Positions 61,153 to 64,000 of a stretch of 64,000 bases of DNA are shown in pieces. How positions within the stretch are numbered: position 1 is the stretch's first letter; each line of letters starts with the position of its first letter. Under the pieces are notes generated by a model. It was not told the DNA's origin, searched no databases, and saw nothing but the letters and a program-made list of their open reading frames with translations. The DNA comes from a virus: positions 35,669 through 99,668 of the IMG/VR virus record IMGVR_UViG_3300050821_008688. One strand, 5' to 3'. Position numbers and translations under genes: made by a program.

Positions 61153-61490
61153 AAGAGCGAATAGTTTGGGTTCAGATTGACAGCATGACGCAGAAGCCTG
61201 TTCGGATATTTAAAAACAGCAAGGCTGCGTTTGCATCTGAAGGGTTGATAACTTCCATGCGATATTCCGCAGCGGTGGAAAGTATCCGTCACGATTTGTT
61301 TATTCGCTCAGGCGGATGGTGTGAGTTGTGTGGCGACAGGGTCAGTGAATGCAGCGGCCACATGCATGAGCAAAAATTTCGCGGGAAGGGTGGTGAAATC
61401 AGTTTAGAGAACAGTGTTTTTATTTGCGCGAAGACTCATAAAGACGCGCACAAAGATAGGAACCCACAGTTTACGAGGAGAACACGATGA
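61149..61490 (+). CDS. HNH endonuclease-like protein
   Basis: CELCG...HMHE...RGKGG...LENSVFIC..H...H. Confidence 0.7.
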   Translation: MKERIVWVQIDSMTQKPVRIFKNSKAAFASEGLITSMRYSAAVESIRHDLFIRSGGWCELCGDRVSECSGHMHEQKFRGKGGEISLENSVFICAKTHKDAHKDRNPQFTRRTR

Positions 61491-61816
61491 CCGCCTATAT
61501 AAAAACGGACGGCGTAGTCGAACAAGACCAAGCGCGATGCATCGGAAAGCGAGGGGTCGGGCGCTGCACAAATATTTCGCCGAATTATCCGCACTTGCCA
61601 CCGTACCCCGAGCATCCAACGTGGCCGTATCTCTGTTCTGATTGTGCGAACGAGCCCGCGCGGAAAGGCAGCTATAACACCCGTGGAATTGTGGAAGAAA
61701 AAAAGGCTTGACAATGAAACGCGTTTCTGACAATCTGGATACTGACCTGTACAAGCGCAGGGGCGGGAAGTGAGGTGGGCAGACTTGCTTCCCGCTAAAA
61801 TTTCGGAGGAATTAAA

Positions 61817-62251
61817 ATGAGCGAATCAAAGAATAGTAGCGCCGCAGCCAAAGCTGTGGCGAAGTCGCAGAAGAAAGACGTAGTAGAACTTACCCCCATT
61901 GAAACAATCGCCAACGTTCGCAAGAATTTGGAAATCAAGTGGGCGATACCACCGCTTGCGGTCGCAGTTCTTCTGAAGGCGTACGACAACTCTCAAGTGG
62001 CTCTTGTTCAGACGAGCAACATGCTCCAGAGCGTAACTGAAACCCTTCAGGATGCGCAGAGAACCATTGAAGAGTTGCAGGTTGTGAACGTGGACCTGAA
62101 GGCGAAGAACGAAGAGTTTCGCATGGTGTACGAACAGGAAAATCGCAGTGTGGTGTTCAAGGTTGAGCGGTTTGTGGACGGGGACAGCCCGTCCGATTTG
62201 GTTCAGATTGAGGGACAGACTTTGCCTCTCGTTCAATCGAGTGGTGAGTAA
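61817..62251 (+). CDS. coiled-coil hypothetical protein
   Basis: GGAGG RBS; heptad-like segment. Confidence 0.65.
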   Translation: MSESKNSSAAAKAVAKSQKKDVVELTPIETIANVRKNLEIKWAIPPLAVAVLLKAYDNSQVALVQTSNMLQSVTETLQDAQRTIEELQVVNVDLKAKNEEFRMVYEQENRSVVFKVERFVDGDSPSDLVQIEGQTLPLVQSSGE

Positions 62252-62604
62252 TGCCGCATCCAGCATCCCGAGCGGCCAAGCGTAAGAACCACGCGCCACC
62301 GAATGCGGCGCATGTGAAGATGGCGGCGCGCAAAGCCGCGAGTAAACTCGGTGTCCCGAAATTCGTGGTGACCTATGCCTAACAAGGCTCCTGAAAAAAA
62401 ATTCAAAGAAGAACCCAAGAAAGAAGTACTCGTAATCGAGGTTGCGGCGAAGCCAAAACTTGCGAAGGCGAAGGATGCTGGGCTTGTGCTTCGGTTCTGC
62501 AATTGCCGGTCGGCGTTTCAAGACAAAAAATATGGCGACGGCAAGCGCGTGTTTACCTGTGGCCCGAAAAACGGTCTGCATTGCACTGTCTGTGGAGCCC
62601 GAGG

Positions 62605-63084
62605 ATGAGCCGCTTTGAACAATTTCTTCGGCGACACGTTCGGTACGAAGAAATCGGTTGGAAAGAAATCGGCGAGCATTTTACCCGATTTGTTCTTGCC
62701 AAAACTCCGTGGTTCAATATTTACTTGCATCGTCTGGACGCGCGCACTTGGCACCCTGAGTGCCATGACCACCCGTGGGGATTTGTTGCGATTCTATTGA
62801 AGAACGGATATCTGGAACGGGCTGAAGAGTATGAATGGGATGAAATGGGGGTAGGTGGTGGCCCGCGCTGTGTGATACGTGAACATAGGAGACGCCCCGG
62901 CAGTATTCTTTTTCGCCCCGCAACCTTTTTGCACAACGTTATTACTCCGTACGGCGTGTCTTGGTCAATAATTTTCACGACGCGGAAGACGCGAGATTGG
63001 GGATTCCAACCATGCGACCGAAGCAAATCGCCGTTGCCGTGGGATTTGTACCGAGCGACACATCGTGCAAAGAGGATGCTATGA
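62605..63084 (+). CDS. cupin-like protein
   Basis: YLHRL...HDHPWGF...GYLE...H.V. Confidence 0.7.
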   Translation: MSRFEQFLRRHVRYEEIGWKEIGEHFTRFVLAKTPWFNIYLHRLDARTWHPECHDHPWGFVAILLKNGYLERAEEYEWDEMGVGGGPRCVIREHRRRPGSILFRPATFLHNVITPYGVSWSIIFTTRKTRDWGFQPCDRSKSPLPWDLYRATHRAKRML

Positions 63085-64000
63085 ACACAGCCCGTCTGAA
63101 TTTTGTTGAACTTATAGTTCCTCCTGAACGTAAGACAAGAGTTTGGGAAATCCGAAACCAAGCAGACGACACGCTCGGGCGCGTGACGTTCCGTCCACAG
63201 TGGCGTGCGTATGTTTTCGAGGTGCCGACTGGCGGGACTATCGGGCTCGAATGGTTCGACGCTTCTTGCTTGCAAGAAATTGTGGATTTTGTGAAGTTGG
63301 AAACGTATAAGTGGCGGGGTGGTCGATGAACGGCTCTACGGTCAAGATTGTGCAGCACGACACATCGGTCGAGACTCGCGTGATGGCGTTCGACCACAAT
63401 CCGTATTCGGTTAACCCGAACGGTGCGCCGGATGAAATCGCGGATGCGGTTCGGGCAGGGTTTGGTCTCAATATTCCAGAGTTTGACGCACGTCAGACAG
63501 AGTGGTCCGAGGAGAAAATTGATGTACAACATTCACACCGAAATACCTTCAGGCGCAATATCTCGCGGATACGAAGTGTCCGAGAAGGAAAAAGCTGACC
63601 TGTTTTTTGGAAGTATGGTTCGGCAAATTACCAGCATGACCGGTATGGTTGCCGATGTGGTGATGGTCGAAGACGGGCAGGAAATTCAGCGCCGGAGGAT
63701 TGGCGATGCTTCGTGATAAAACAGGCAGCCGGTTGTTTAAGTCGGTGAACATCAAGATTTATTTTCCTGATAAAATTTTTCCAGACAAGAAGCTGGCACA
63801 GCGTGCGCCGCCGAAGAAAGGTTTCTCGTCTGAAAATATCGACGACATATTGATGGAGGTTGCCGACCGGCTTGAAACTCTTTACCCGTGGTGGGAATTC
63901 AAGATGATGGAACTGGCTCCTACGGGACGCGCGGCCAATTTTATTTTCACTTTTGCGGGCTATCGCGCGGGTTCATTTCCCGCCGCGAAGCCTGAAGATT

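Noticed and set aside
61826-62581. 251-aa minus-strand ORF and similar antisense ORFs elsewhere
   Set aside because: Shadow frames of plus-strand genes that have RBSs and coupled starts

Overview
The whole window is part of a dsDNA tailed-phage genome (Caudoviricetes); no host chromosomal DNA is evident. The RecA sequence suggests an Acidobacteriota-like host, which is an inference. Layout: (i) 1-9.8 kb, small early genes including a catalytic-domain-only tyrosine recombinase, DUF2958, a SLOG protein and an Ig/lectin-like protein; (ii) 9.8-10.9 kb, a non-coding control or terminus region with repeated palindromes, an IHF box and five sigma54-like boxes; (iii) 10.9-13.9 kb, a tandem family of small paralogues and a Cys/His-repeat protein; (iv) 13.9-33.8 kb, a late regulon marked by six GACT-N7-CTATA promoters (GroEL, GroES, TerS, virion proteins, TerL, portal, scaffold, major capsid); (v) 33.8-34.7 kb, four tRNAs interleaved with four unannotated structured RNAs; (vi) a polyvalent ejection-type protein, endonuclease VII and a T5 A1-like protein; (vii) 43-59 kb, replication, recombination and nucleotide genes (DnaQ-like, RecA, DUF5664, MazG, NT5C, PolA, ERF, SSB, UvrD, Cas4-like, primase-helicase) ending at a probable origin. 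The best candidate for a new system is an operon of a ParB-like gene, an anticodon-loop-truncated tRNA(Gly)-like RNA, an LmbU-like gene and a DUF4338/DruA (Mom-like?) gene. It may supply a dedicated non-ribosomal glycyl-tRNA for DNA hypermodification. All family assignments are by motif recognition; no database searches were run.
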